Assembly: GCA_950097015.1 (NCBI GenBank)
Contig: CATNEN010000008.1
Location: forward strand, 4,216,001-4,280,000
Origin: Macrostomum hystrix
Lineage: Eukaryota; Animalia; Platyhelminthes
Length of the DNA: 64,000 bases
Direction of reading: 5' to 3'
Shown piece by piece: positions 1 through 11,432 of the stretch. The notes under the pieces were generated by a model. It had not been told where the DNA came from. It did not search any database and was given only the letters and a program-made list of their open reading frames with translations. Position numbers and translations under genes: made by a program. Each line of letters begins with the position of its first letter. The first letter of the stretch is position 1.

Positions 1-1070
1 ATGGATGATTAGGAGTGGGGATAATAATGGATGATTAGGAGTGGGGATAATAATGGATGATTATGAGTGGGGATAATAATAGAAGAATTGGAGTGGGGAT
101 AATAATGGATGATTGGGATAATAATGGATGATTAGGAGTGGGGATAAAATGGATGATTGGGATAATAATGGATGATAAGGAGTGGGGATAAAATGGATGA
201 TTGGGATAATAATGGATGATTAGGAGTGGGGATAATAATGGATGATTATGAGTGGGGATAATAATGGAAGAATTGGAGTGGGGATAATAATGGATGATTG
301 GGATAATAATGGATGATAAGGAGTGGGGATAATAATGGATGATTGGGATAATAATGGATGATTAGGAGTGGGGATAAAATGGATGATTGGGATAATAATG
401 GATGATTGGGATAATAATGGATGATTAGGAGTGGGGATAAAATGGATGATTGGGATAATAATTGATGATAAGGAGTGGGGATAATAATGGATGATTGGGA
501 TAATAATGGATGATTAGGAGTGGGGATAAAATGGATGATTGGGATAATAATTGATGATAAGGAGTGGGGATAATAATGGATGATTGGGATAATAATGGAT
601 GATTAGGAGTGGGGATAAAATGGATGATTGGGATAATAATGGATGATTAGGAGTGGGGATAATAATGGATGATTAGGAGTGGGGATAATAATGGATGATT
701 GGGATAATAATGGATGATTAGGAGTGGGGATAAAATGGATGATTGGGATAATAATGGAGGATAAGGAGTGGGGATAAAATGGATGATTGGGATAATAATG
801 GATGATTATGAGTGGGGATAATAATGGATGATTGGGAGTGGGGATAATAATGGATGATTGGGATAATAATGGATGATTGGGATAATAATGGATGATTAGG
901 AGCGGGGAGAATAATGGATGATTGGGATAATAATGGATGATTAGGAGTGGGGATAATAATGGATGATTGGGATAATAATGGATGATTAGGAGTGGGGATA
1001 ATAATGGATGATTGGGATAATAATGGATGATTAGGAGTGGGGATAATAATGGATGATTGGGAGTGGGGAG
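1..1070. repeat. Minisatellite of interleaved 19/27-bp units (gggataataatggatgatt[aggagtg]) in RSPRY1 intron 5
   Basis: Direct reading; begins a few bases after the donor at 1076. Confidence 0.95.
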
Positions 1071-1076
1071 GCGCAC

Positions 1077-4000
1077 CTGCTGATTGGCCATGAGGCTGGC
1101 AGCAGGCCGATAGGTAACGCCGGTGGCTGGGAGGCGAATGGCCGAGCCGGAGCTGGACCAGGTGCCGTTGAGGCTGAACCTGGCCGAAGCCCAACCTCCG
1201 GCAACGCCTCCACCCGGATGCTGCGCTGAGAACTCTAGCAGGCAGCCGACAACGTCGCCAACGCGCCAGCGTCGCCAGCGATAGCGCCGACGATCCTGAC
1301 GACCTCGATGCCACAGGCAGCCTCGGCAACCGTCGATACCGACGCTGGCGGCGTCGTCGCCGACGCCGAGACCTTCGTCGCGCAGTAGCGGCGTGTCAGT
1401 AGAGGCCCAACCAATCTGCCGAATAGAGCGGTCAGAGGATTAGCGAACTAGTGACCACCGAGAAACAGGCTAAACAGTAGCAAAAAACTAACTAAGAACT
1501 TTAACTGTTGCTGGGGGGCATTAGTTCTCTGCTGCTGGGGGGCATTAGTTCTCTGCTGCTGGGGGGCATTAGTTCTCTGCTGCTAGGGGCATTAGTTCTC
1601 TGCTGCTAGGGGCATTAGTTCTCTGCTGCTGGGGGGCATTAGTTCTCTGCTGCTGGGGGGCATTAGTTCTCTGCTGCTGGGGGGCATTAGTTCTCTGCTG
1701 CTAGGGGCATTAGTTCTCTGCTGCTAGGGGCATTAGTTCTCTGCTGCTGGGGGGCATTAGTTCTCTGCTGCTGGGGGGCATTAGTTCTCTGCTGCTGGGG
1801 GGCATTATTTCTCTGCTGCTAGGGGCATTAGTTCTCTGCTGCTGGGGGGCATTATTTCTCTGCTGCTAGGGGCATTAGTTCTCGACTGCTGGGGGGCATT
1901 CGTTCTCTGCTGCTGATCGGATGCCATTGTTGAAGGTCTCAACAGTCTCGACCCCGATGCTCCAGACGGTGATGAAGAGAACCCTGGTGACTGGGAAGCT
2001 GATAACAAAGGTACCTGCAACTGATTGACAGTTTTTGGAGTCGAAATGGTTCCCAAAATGAAACTTTCTGACAAAAAATTGCCTTATTGATAGTTTTTGG
2101 CACAAAACACCCCGACGATAATCGTTGAATATCTAGACGATGCCGATGTTTTGTGATTCTGGAAGTTGTTTCATCGGATATAGCGGAAAAGTTTTTGGCC
2201 ATTCTTCTGGATTATCTTTTGAGACTTCATTGATTTGAGCAGAATAGTTGGTTGCAGGTAAAATGCCACTTACCTGCATAACACCGTCGGTGACAAGAGT
2301 TGCTTCGTAGTACCAGCGGCCGCCGCCGCCGCCGCCGCCGCCGTCGATGTTAGCGGAAACTCCGCAGCCGGCCACGGCGGTCTCGAAACCGGGAGCATCG
2401 GATCTGGCCTCCAGACCGTTGGGCAGAATTTGCACTGCGTCAGTGGACGCTGTCGGGCTAAGCAGGGCCGATCGGCGCTGTCGCTGGCCGCTAGTCACCT
2501 CCGACTGCCAGGCTGAGCAGCGATCGGCGGGTCTCAGGTAGCCATCCAGCAGGGTGGCGGACAGGCTAGACATCTGCTTAGCCGGCCCGTGCTCAGCCGC
2601 GGCGTGCCGATGCTCCAGCTCCGTCAGCAGCGCGGCGAAGCTGGGACGATAGGCGGCCGAGTCCGACGACAGGCGACTGAGAAGACGCTGACGTTCTGCC
2701 TCGCTGACTGTCAATTTAAATGGATTAACGAATGACATTAGAGTAGTGAATTAGATTTATGAATGGATTAGCTGGTTAGTGAATGGGATTATCTGATTAG
2801 TGAATGGGATTATCTGATTAGTAAATGGGATTATCTGATTAGTGAATGGGATTATCTGATTATTGAATGGGATTAGCTGGTTAGTGAATGGGATTATCTG
2901 ATTAGTAAATGGGATTATCTGATGAGTAAGCGGAGCACGCCAGTCAGCTCACAGGTGTGCATGAAAGTCTGCAGCAGCAGGGCAGCAGCCAGAGCCACCT
3001 GAAGCTGCTCAGCACGCAGCCCAGGATCCGATGGCTCTCGGTGCGGTCGCAGGCCGGCCTCGCAAACCGCGGCCGGAGCCAGTCGAGCCAGGCGGCTGTG
3101 GACGAAGGCCAGCAGGGCGTCAGTGGCCAGCCAGTCGGCCAGGGCCCCGGACAGGCGGCCTGCGAATGCGGCTACGGCGGAGAGGGCGTTCTTCTGGCGA
3201 GTCTCCGAGGCCGAGGGGCTCGACAGGCCTAGCAGGGACATGAAGTCTGCGAGCAGCTCCTGCGATGCGGTGAGTCAGAGAGGCGCAGTGACACACAGAG
3301 AACAGGAAATAGAACTCAGGCAGAAATGTTGAACAGACAGACAGTTCAGATACGCACTACAGTCACCCAGTACACCTGTACACATTATTTGAAAAAAGGA
3401 GATGCAATCCAAGCAGGCAAACAAACCGAGGAAAGCGTAAACAGACAGGCCACGGTGGTGTCACCTTTGTGGGCAGGCAGCCGCCGCAGATAACCATTGA
3501 GATGATGCTGCCACTGAGGCTGTGATCTATTGGCACCTCGTCCAGCAGCATGTCAATCACCAGCAGAAAAGTGCGCTCGGATGCTGAGAAGCCGTGCAGG
3601 TGAAACAGTACGATGCGCTTCTGCAGATCTTTGGCGTCACTGAGTTGGCAGGTAGTGATAGAGACTGGCTTCAATTCCTAAACACAGCCCACATTAACCA
3701 TATTAAAGCTCTTTCTAGATCCAATAATTATCATCAAAGCAAATACCGTTTCGAGCTCAAGAAACCTGGTAACAACAACAACAGCAGGTCTGTGGGTACT
3801 CACACATTATTTGATGACACTAGACCAGCAGCCAGCGAGGAGGCAATTCTGCCCATTCCCCTGACTCCTAAGCACACACGCACACAGATACTGTACGCAG
3901 GCACACACTTACACAGGTGTGTACATCTGCCCTGACTTCTCATCGTCAGTCAGTGTACACTTCACTGTGCCTTGGGAGGTTGGCCCTCAAGGGCGTAAAT

Positions 4001-5340
4001 TGTATGACAAGCCCCCCAAGCCTTCTCTCTACAAATGAATGCGGCCTCGCGGCGGAGTCGAGCTCAGGGACCTTGGTGCGGGAGGCAAACGCGTTAGACC
4101 GCTTGAGCTTTACATGAAGCAGTTTCATTAACAGTAGAACTACCAAGGGGGAAATCACCATGAAATTTTTGTGCTGCACCCGAAAGGAACAACGCAAGCA
4201 CATGATACTCAAGAACACGGGCCTCATTTTTGTTGGGCATCTTCTGAAACAAGAATCAAGTCGCCAGCACTTCAGATTGCCGAGACATTCAATCGTACTG
4301 GCCGAAAGTCTGATTTTTCCCATAAGCGCTAGTGTATTTCATGCACCCCGATACACAAATTGGCACTGCGCCTCAGTGCGGCCTTGCCAGGCCTTCAAAA
4401 TGTATCAGCATGACACCCGAATGTGCCTGCATCATCTCTGTCTTCGGTGGTCACCTACCTTTATCTAGACGGACTGCTGGACCTTCAAGGGCTACAACAG
4501 GTGGAACTAGGCCACTATGGACACCCTGACGCGAATTTCTCCAATTTCACTGAACCCGAAATATAAGGCGCAGCTCAAACACAGGACACCCTCATATAGT
4601 CTGTCAACCAATCAGCCACCAGCCACATCAGGCGCAGCTCAAACACAGGACACCCTCATATAGTCTGTCAACCAATCAGCCACCAGCCACATCAGGCGCA
4701 GCTCAAACACAGGACACCCTCATATAGTCTGTCAACCAATCAGCCACCAGCCACATCAGGCGCAGCTCAAACACAGGACACCCTCATATAGTCTGTCAAC
4801 CAATCAGCCACCAGCCACATCAGGCGCAGCTCAAACACAGGACACCCTCATATAGTCTGTCAACCAATCAGCCACCAGCCACATCAGGCGCAGCTCAAAC
4901 ACAGGACACCCTCATATAGTCTGTCAACCAATCAGCCACCAGCCACATCAGGCGCTGCCAACAAAAAATTTCAGGCCCCCCTTGTAAAAACGGGCGGCAA
5001 AATGGCTTGGTAGTCCAACTGTGAAATCTCACTTGTCATAGTTCTCAACAACAAACTGTAGCATTCTTCTAATGCAGTCTCTAACACTGGCGGGACCGCC
5101 GCCGTACAATGCGGTCATGTCGCCGACCCCGCCGAGACCTTGGACGCTGCCGCCGCCACCGCCGCCAAACAGAAAGCGGCCATGAGGCAGGCGCCTTCGC
5201 CACCAGCCGCGATGCCAAACGCCGTAGGGCCGGAATGGATCAAAGTCGTCTGCTTGCTGCTGCTGCTGCTGCTGCTGCTGCGCTGGCCAATGTTCTTCGT
5301 CTTGATGACCTCTGAGACTTCTGACACACGAGTTGCCCAT
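1077..5340 (-). CDS. RSPRY1: RING finger and SPRY domain-containing protein 1 ortholog, 5' five coding exons; RING exon(s) lie beyond the window start
   Basis: Exons 5340-5033, 3639-3465, 3259-2953, 2707-2274 and 1415-1077 have GT-AG borders and consistent phases (2,0,1,0). The spliced protein starts MGNSC (as in RSPRY1) and contains VPIDHSLSGSIISMVICGGCLPTK, ILPNGLEARSDAPGFE..WYYEATLVTDGVMQ|IGWAS..EGLGVGDD..GIDGCR..W.VGDVVGC..AASLMANQQ, which matches the RSPRY1 ARM-like region and SPRY domain. Confidence 0.88.
1507..1915. repeat. 24-bp minisatellite (ctgctggggggcattagttctctg), about 17 copies, RSPRY1 intron 4
   Basis: Period 24 with 23-bp variants; same family in reverse orientation at 58190-58750. 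Confidence 0.95.
2765..2925. repeat. 21-bp minisatellite (gtgaatgggattatctgatta), RSPRY1 intron 3
   Basis: Direct reading, about 7 copies. Confidence 0.9.
4567..4955. repeat. 64-bp tandem repeat, 6 identical copies, RSPRY1 intron 1
   Basis: Unit starts at 4567, 4631, 4695, 4759, 4823 and 4887; each unit contains accaatcagcc. Confidence 0.95.
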
Positions 5341-7880
5341 TGATTTCGCTAGCCGAACTAATAATTACAACTATATCTTTGAGTCTATATACATCAATAG
5401 TGGCCAACCAGCTGAAGGCTGAAATGTGGCAATTCAATTAGCAGTTGCACAAATAGCCCAATACATTAAACAAACATTGATGGGCCTGTAAATATAGTAT
5501 ATATAACTACATGACAAGTATTTAGCTATAAATGTAACTGATAGCTTAGCCTCTGTAGATAAATTACTTTGCCTACCATTATTTATTTTTTTGCAGACTT
5601 CCATAATGTAATAAAAAACAAAAACAAAAAATAAAAATTCTGATTTTTACTTCTTTTTAGAAAGCTAAGATTTAATTTACAAATAATTTGTTTATGAAAA
5701 CAGTATTACTAGTTTAGGATTGTGAAGATTTGAAATATCTGAGGAATAAAAACTACATAGTTTCAAATAACTTGGCTTAAAAAATAAACCAAACTTAACA
5801 GAATTTTTTGGCAATTATGCTATTTCTAGGCCTAATAACTCTAAAGTACATAAAAACACATACACACACACATGCTGTAGGCACATACTCACAAAGATAC
5901 AAGTCGGTGGTCTGTACATATGTCTTGATTTTATTTTTTTTCTGGCACCACACTTGTATTGTAGGTCTCAAAGGTAGGCAATTACATTGGCTTAATGGGC
6001 ATAAATCTATACCACAAATTAATGTCATTATGTCTTGGAATAGAATTAAGCCCAAGGACCTTGGTGCTGAGGAAAACATTAGATCATAAAACAACTATAA
6101 TAGGCTACCTACCCACCCCTATAATAAAAACTGTACAGTTTGCTGCCTTCTCGCTACTTTCAGACTTAAAGTTACAATGTCTTCACTTTCTTTGGTCTAG
6201 CTACTTAGCTATCTTATTGTCTTATTGACATTGTGCATATGAAATAGAGCTATGCTTATTTTCTTTGAAATACATTAATTTTGTTTGAATGCACTTTAAT
6301 TTGTTAAAATGCACCGAATTTGTTTTTATGCACAGAAATATAAAAAGTTATAATGAAGTGAAGAAAGGAGTGAAAAACAGTATAATTACACAAACAAAAG
6401 AGAGAATAAATTAACCCTTGTTTGAGAAGGAGTTCGGAATAAAGAAAGCTTGAATCTTGAAGTGTTCATGTTGAAGTTATTTGAGACAGTGTGAAAGAGA
6501 AGTAAACAGAGTAAAGGAGAGCTGTACATCTAGATCCATTGGTAAAGCCCAAAGACAGACTGAAGATTGAACTAAAGATTGAACTGAATATTGAATTGAA
6601 GACTGATAAAGACAGATAAAGAGTGATAAAGACAGATAAAGAGTGAAATAGACTGGATAAAGACAGATAAAGACCAATAAAGAGCACTTATAGAAATAAT
6701 ACATCAAGGTTATAAGTAAAGGTAAAATGTAGAAGATAGATAACGGCCATATTGAAAGTATAACGCTACCATATTGAATACATAAACGCTACCAATTGAA
6801 TCTGAAATAAGAAAGTGCATAAAGCGAATAAAGTGAAGACATTCATAAGATTGATATAAAGATAGTTTTTTAATCAAGTGTAAGCCCTAGGACAACTTTG
6901 GTAACAGCAGTAGGATTAGGCCTATATTAGCCTAGAACACATATTGTACATATCAACATATGTATATATACTGTAGTATAGGCCTAAGTACATAAATAGG
7001 GGTGTAGAAATACTTCATTGTCATAGGCCTATTCAATATAGCATAATTTAAATTGTCTACATAGTATGTTGTAATGGCTTCCATTTGATATTCTATAGTA
7101 TAGATGATTTCTATCTACATAGCTAGCTATTTTATATTATTTTTGGCTATATTATAGGCCCCATAATGCCATATGCGGCTCAGAGCTATAAATATAATTT
7201 AAAAAAAGAATAGATCCCCATTCCATGACCAGAAGTTAATATTTTTGATTAGCATTTTAAATGAAATCTACCCCACCTAAAACCCTCATGACCCCCCTTC
7301 CTTTAAATTTCTGTTAGTGCCATGTAGGCCCCTACTGTGATTTTCACCATGCTGTGAAGAAGAAGAAGCTTTCCATAGAAGAAAGCTTAACAGACGAGCT
7401 TTTTCCAGGCTAGACGAGAGATATTTTAAGCTTTTTCCCCGTCTAGACCTCTGCCGTCGAGTGCAATGCATAGTGGGAAATTTATTAAAACATACGACAA
7501 CTTTGTGCATTTGTAAGCACAAAATGCTTTAAAATATCAAAACTGCCAGAAGAAATCTACTCAAAAATAAAATTTCATCTAGATTCTGTGCCTAATCACT
7601 GAGTTATAGCCTTCTACTTTATTATAGAATGCACGTCCCATTGATCGCTATACATTTTAAAAGTCAATTGTGACATTTAGCAGAAAATCGAAAATGTATC
7701 ATTTCAACCGTCAGAGCCTATCGAGTTGACTTCAAATATCAAAACGGCAAAATATCAAAACGAAAAATTTATGATTAGACAGCAAAGGAAGTGAAAGGAG
7801 GTGGGTGTGCGCTTGTCAAGAGGAGTTGATTTATTACGATCAATTCAGATGCGTTATTCAGCTGGAGTATTTATTTATCA

Positions 7881-10800
7881 ATGAGAAAAAAACTACATTG
7901 GCGAGTCCATTGTGCCCATACGCGTAGTTTTTTTAATTCGAACTTTCAGGAGAACTTCCAGCGCCTCTTGAACTCCTTAAGCAAAAATATGCTTCCGACC
8001 CGCAAAGACAGCTGGCGGGATCCTGGCAGTTCATGGGGCCGCTACTGCAAGCGGCTTAAAATAGTTAATACGGCAAAAAACAGGAAGCGCCTCCAGGAGC
8101 AGTTTCATAGATTGGAAAGTAAAACATCAAAAGCTACGAATAGTACAGCCATCAGCTGGATTACCGCCTCCAATTCGGCCAGGCAGTTCAGATGATGTTG
8201 CTGCTTCAGGGAACTCAGAGCCAGGGAACTCAACCATTCATGAACACGAAGACAAAGTGTCGGATGATGATTCTAACCTACTAACTGACTCCATCACTGG
8301 CAAACCTTCAACTAAATCTAACGCTGGAGCACCGTCTCCAATTAGGCCAGACAGTTCAGCTGATTCAGAGTCAGGAAACTCAACCGCTGATGTACAAGAA
8401 GAAGCCAAAATTTCGAATGAGGATACAGACTCACTAACTGAGTCTGAGACACCAAAGTCACCATCAACAGCAGCTAATGAAAGCTGCGAATCGCCAATTA
8501 CAGAAAATTCTAATGCGAACCGATCCTGGACGCAACAGTGCAGAACATCGTCATCGTCCTGCAGGAGACCATCGAAACTCAGGGTTGGGCATGCACTTTG
8601 CGCAGCTCATCGAGTTTTGCGTCCAGGATGAGCTTTGGAGAGAAATAATTTCACAAGGAATGCAGAAAAAAGAAAATTCAACACGTCTCTAGCTAAAAAA
8701 TGGCGAACTTTAATTCTGGACACGCTAGAGCGTCACTCTGCCTGTGTATTTGTATTTAAAAAGCGGCAGTTTTTTTCACCATCAGGAAGTTCTCCTATTT
8801 GGCTAGAGCAGCAACTGAAGTGTCAGCACAATAATTGCAAGGAGTACATCGTAACTGTTTCCAAAGAGCAAGCACTCGCGACTGAGTCTCATCGACTTGT
8901 TAAAATTTTCTTCAGAGGTGAAGAGTGCCACCTCTTTCCGAGATTTCGCCGCAGCACTGCTGAAGAAACAAGAGAAAGCGTATATCGGCTTAGATGTGAA
9001 AGTGATCAATCAACTGGATTTAGGCTGCCACCTGGAAGGAGTCTTTTCTACGCTAGTCTTGTTAACGCCGCACAGGAAGTGACAGACTTCAACAATTATA
9101 ACACGATCGGAACGAAAAATAGACATACGAGTACTCGACTGCATCACTTGGCTGCCTCAGCTGAAAATGTCAGCTCTAACATCATTATATTACTGAGCTG
9201 CTGTACCAAAAAGTGCCCTAGAGTTAGCAACATCAAATCTGACGCTGCAGGGCTATCGCTTCAATCAATTGGAGCTAGTCCGTTTCATGTGTACATGTTT
9301 TGTGAAAATCAGTTGCGCTTCTTGCTTTAGAGTTGCTCTCCTACATGCAGTCTAGTGCTTCATTTAGACGCAACTGGTAGTATCATCCAGAAAACTAAAT
9401 ACAGTCCTGAAATGGTCCTGCTATACAGCATAACAATAGAGAGCAGGTTTGAGCTGAAGCCTCTAAATATTGCAGATGCCCTACTTTCTTCTCACAAAAC
9501 GGACAGCATTGCAGCTGTTTTGTCGAGCTTTTATTTCTCATTGAGTCGACTACACAATCGCTCAGTCAGTCCAGTCGGAATGGTTGTGACTGATTTTTCA
9601 TGGGCGATAATTCACAGTGTCTGCCTTGTGTTCACTCAAATGTCCATTTCCGACGTTCTACGGCTCCAATTTGACATCGTTGACAAAGGTGCAGCCGGAC
9701 GCTTGTCAACAATCCCTTTTCTTTGCTCGAACCACATTATAGGCGCAGTATGCAGAAATATTCTCTCAGGCACAGAATTCACAGAGGAGAGTCCAAGAAT
9801 TCATTATTTTTTTATTCGTGTGTTTTGTCTACTTGATCTACCGAGAGAGATATCAAGACTTCGTGGTCGTAGCGAAGCAAATTATCTCATTGTTTGGCTC
9901 CAAGCATTCAGTTCCTGTAACACGGAAACTGCTCGTGGATAACGTTTCCAACTGGAATTGCCTGCCTGACATCGAGACCTTTTTCGACGATGCCGATGAT
10001 TCGACCAGCCGCAGCACATTCGAGCCAGATGATGAGCAAATAGTAAACTCATTGCGCAGACAATCACCTTTCTTCGAAGAGCTCCGTGTCTTCTCACCTG
10101 AGTGTCCACAAGAGCACGTCGAGAACGATTTCGTTCCTAATCGAACGATGGCTGCCACTGGCACCCCTTTGGGGCCACTTCATTGTAGAGTATTACACGA
10201 ACATTACTGAAGTGAAGTCTTGGTACTCTAACGTTACAGCTGAGAACGACTTTCGACTAGTAAAGAACGAACTGTCTCAGCAGACAAATGCTCAACGAAT
10301 CTCCCACCTGATTTCGTTCGGTTCTTGTACAAGCGGACTTTAAATCTTTTGACGGTTCACAATTGCACCCGGAACGGCCTGCCATACTCATACGAGAGTG
10401 CGAGTCGGAAACGACGGCAAGGAACAACAGAAGAAGATCCTGCATTTGTCACTCAGACTTTTAAAAGAAGTCGTCCAACGTTTTACACCACCCCTTCGTC
10501 GTACGCTCGGGCACCGTCAACAAAGAAACCGAGAAGAAAGAATGATGGCCACGATGAACAAGGGAGGCAAGCCAGAAGCACCGAACCAAGCCAGACAAAG
10601 TGCAATCCACGAAATCACGACAGGAACGGTGGGAGACATGTAGGCCCACGTGTTCAGACAAATGCCGCGGACTTCTATGAAGTTCAGTTCCCACTTACAG
10701 TAAGTGAGGGAAACGGTCTACTTCTAGAAGAAGACGTTCTCTCACTGTGAGGTCGAAGGCAGATGCGAATTCAGATGCTTTATGCATACGTGCACGCCAT

Positions 10801-11110
10801 CGTTGCTGGTTTAAACTCCACGACTTGTGCCCACTATCTTGACCTTATCAATTGCGACCGAATCAGAAGCGATATCGACAACCAAAACCTGGTTATCAAG
10901 TACGATAATCCCGAAGTGAGCAGGATAGAATCAACCTGCTATGTTTTACAGACAAAAAAGCTCACATTATTAGCTTTCCGATTGTACTCAGTCAGGATGT
11001 CTCTGCTTATAAGATGCTCGTATTTTCAGTCGTACTTGTATATTCAATATACACGTAAATGTATATCTCATGAGTCACCAGTTAGCACGATTAAAATTAG
11101 GCTAGTTATA
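7881..11110 (+). mobile_element. Degenerate Mutator/MULE-superfamily transposase (NOF-FB/Rehavkus-like), broken by frameshifts and stops
   Basis: Overlapping ORF fragments give LHLDATGS (D at 9367), VVTDFSWAIIHSV (D at 9592), the CSNH CxxH motif (9724-9735) and SNVTAENDFRLVKNEL (E at 10242). There is an in-frame TAG at 9328 and frameshifts near 8650, 9880, 10190 and 10330. No TIRs were found, so the element ends are unknown. Confidence 0.72.
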
Positions 11111-11432
11111 TGAAATTTATTACTTACAAAGCCATGGACAGTAACGCTGAGTTATGGTACAGGAGTTATAAATTTAGTAAGCGCGATGGTATAACAGCGC
11201 ATGATGACATGGCTGAATTGATTTTGTATTTGACCATAAGAAAACTGCGGATCTAGCTTTGAGTTTACATACATTTAAATGGGTGTACTTTACTATGCAT
11301 GTTGCCATAATGAAATCGGGGAAGTGTGCATGTTTTTGCTATATACTACTCATAGTAATTTACACATTGAATCGAAGCAAAACAGTGTCAGCTTGTGATT
11401 GCTGCAGACATTCTGTCATTGCTGTCAAGGCC

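Noticed and set aside
3700-4550. Short ORFs in RSPRY1 intron 1 (also 1915-2260 and 19950-20400) as transposon or gene fragments
   Set aside because: No recognisable motif or consistent splice structure in any frame.
5400-7800. AT-rich stretch with recurrent TAGGCCTA-like palindromes and short aaagacagat repeats as the left arm or second gene of the MULE
   Set aside because: No TIR partner was found right of the transposase and there is no credible ORF, so it cannot be assigned.
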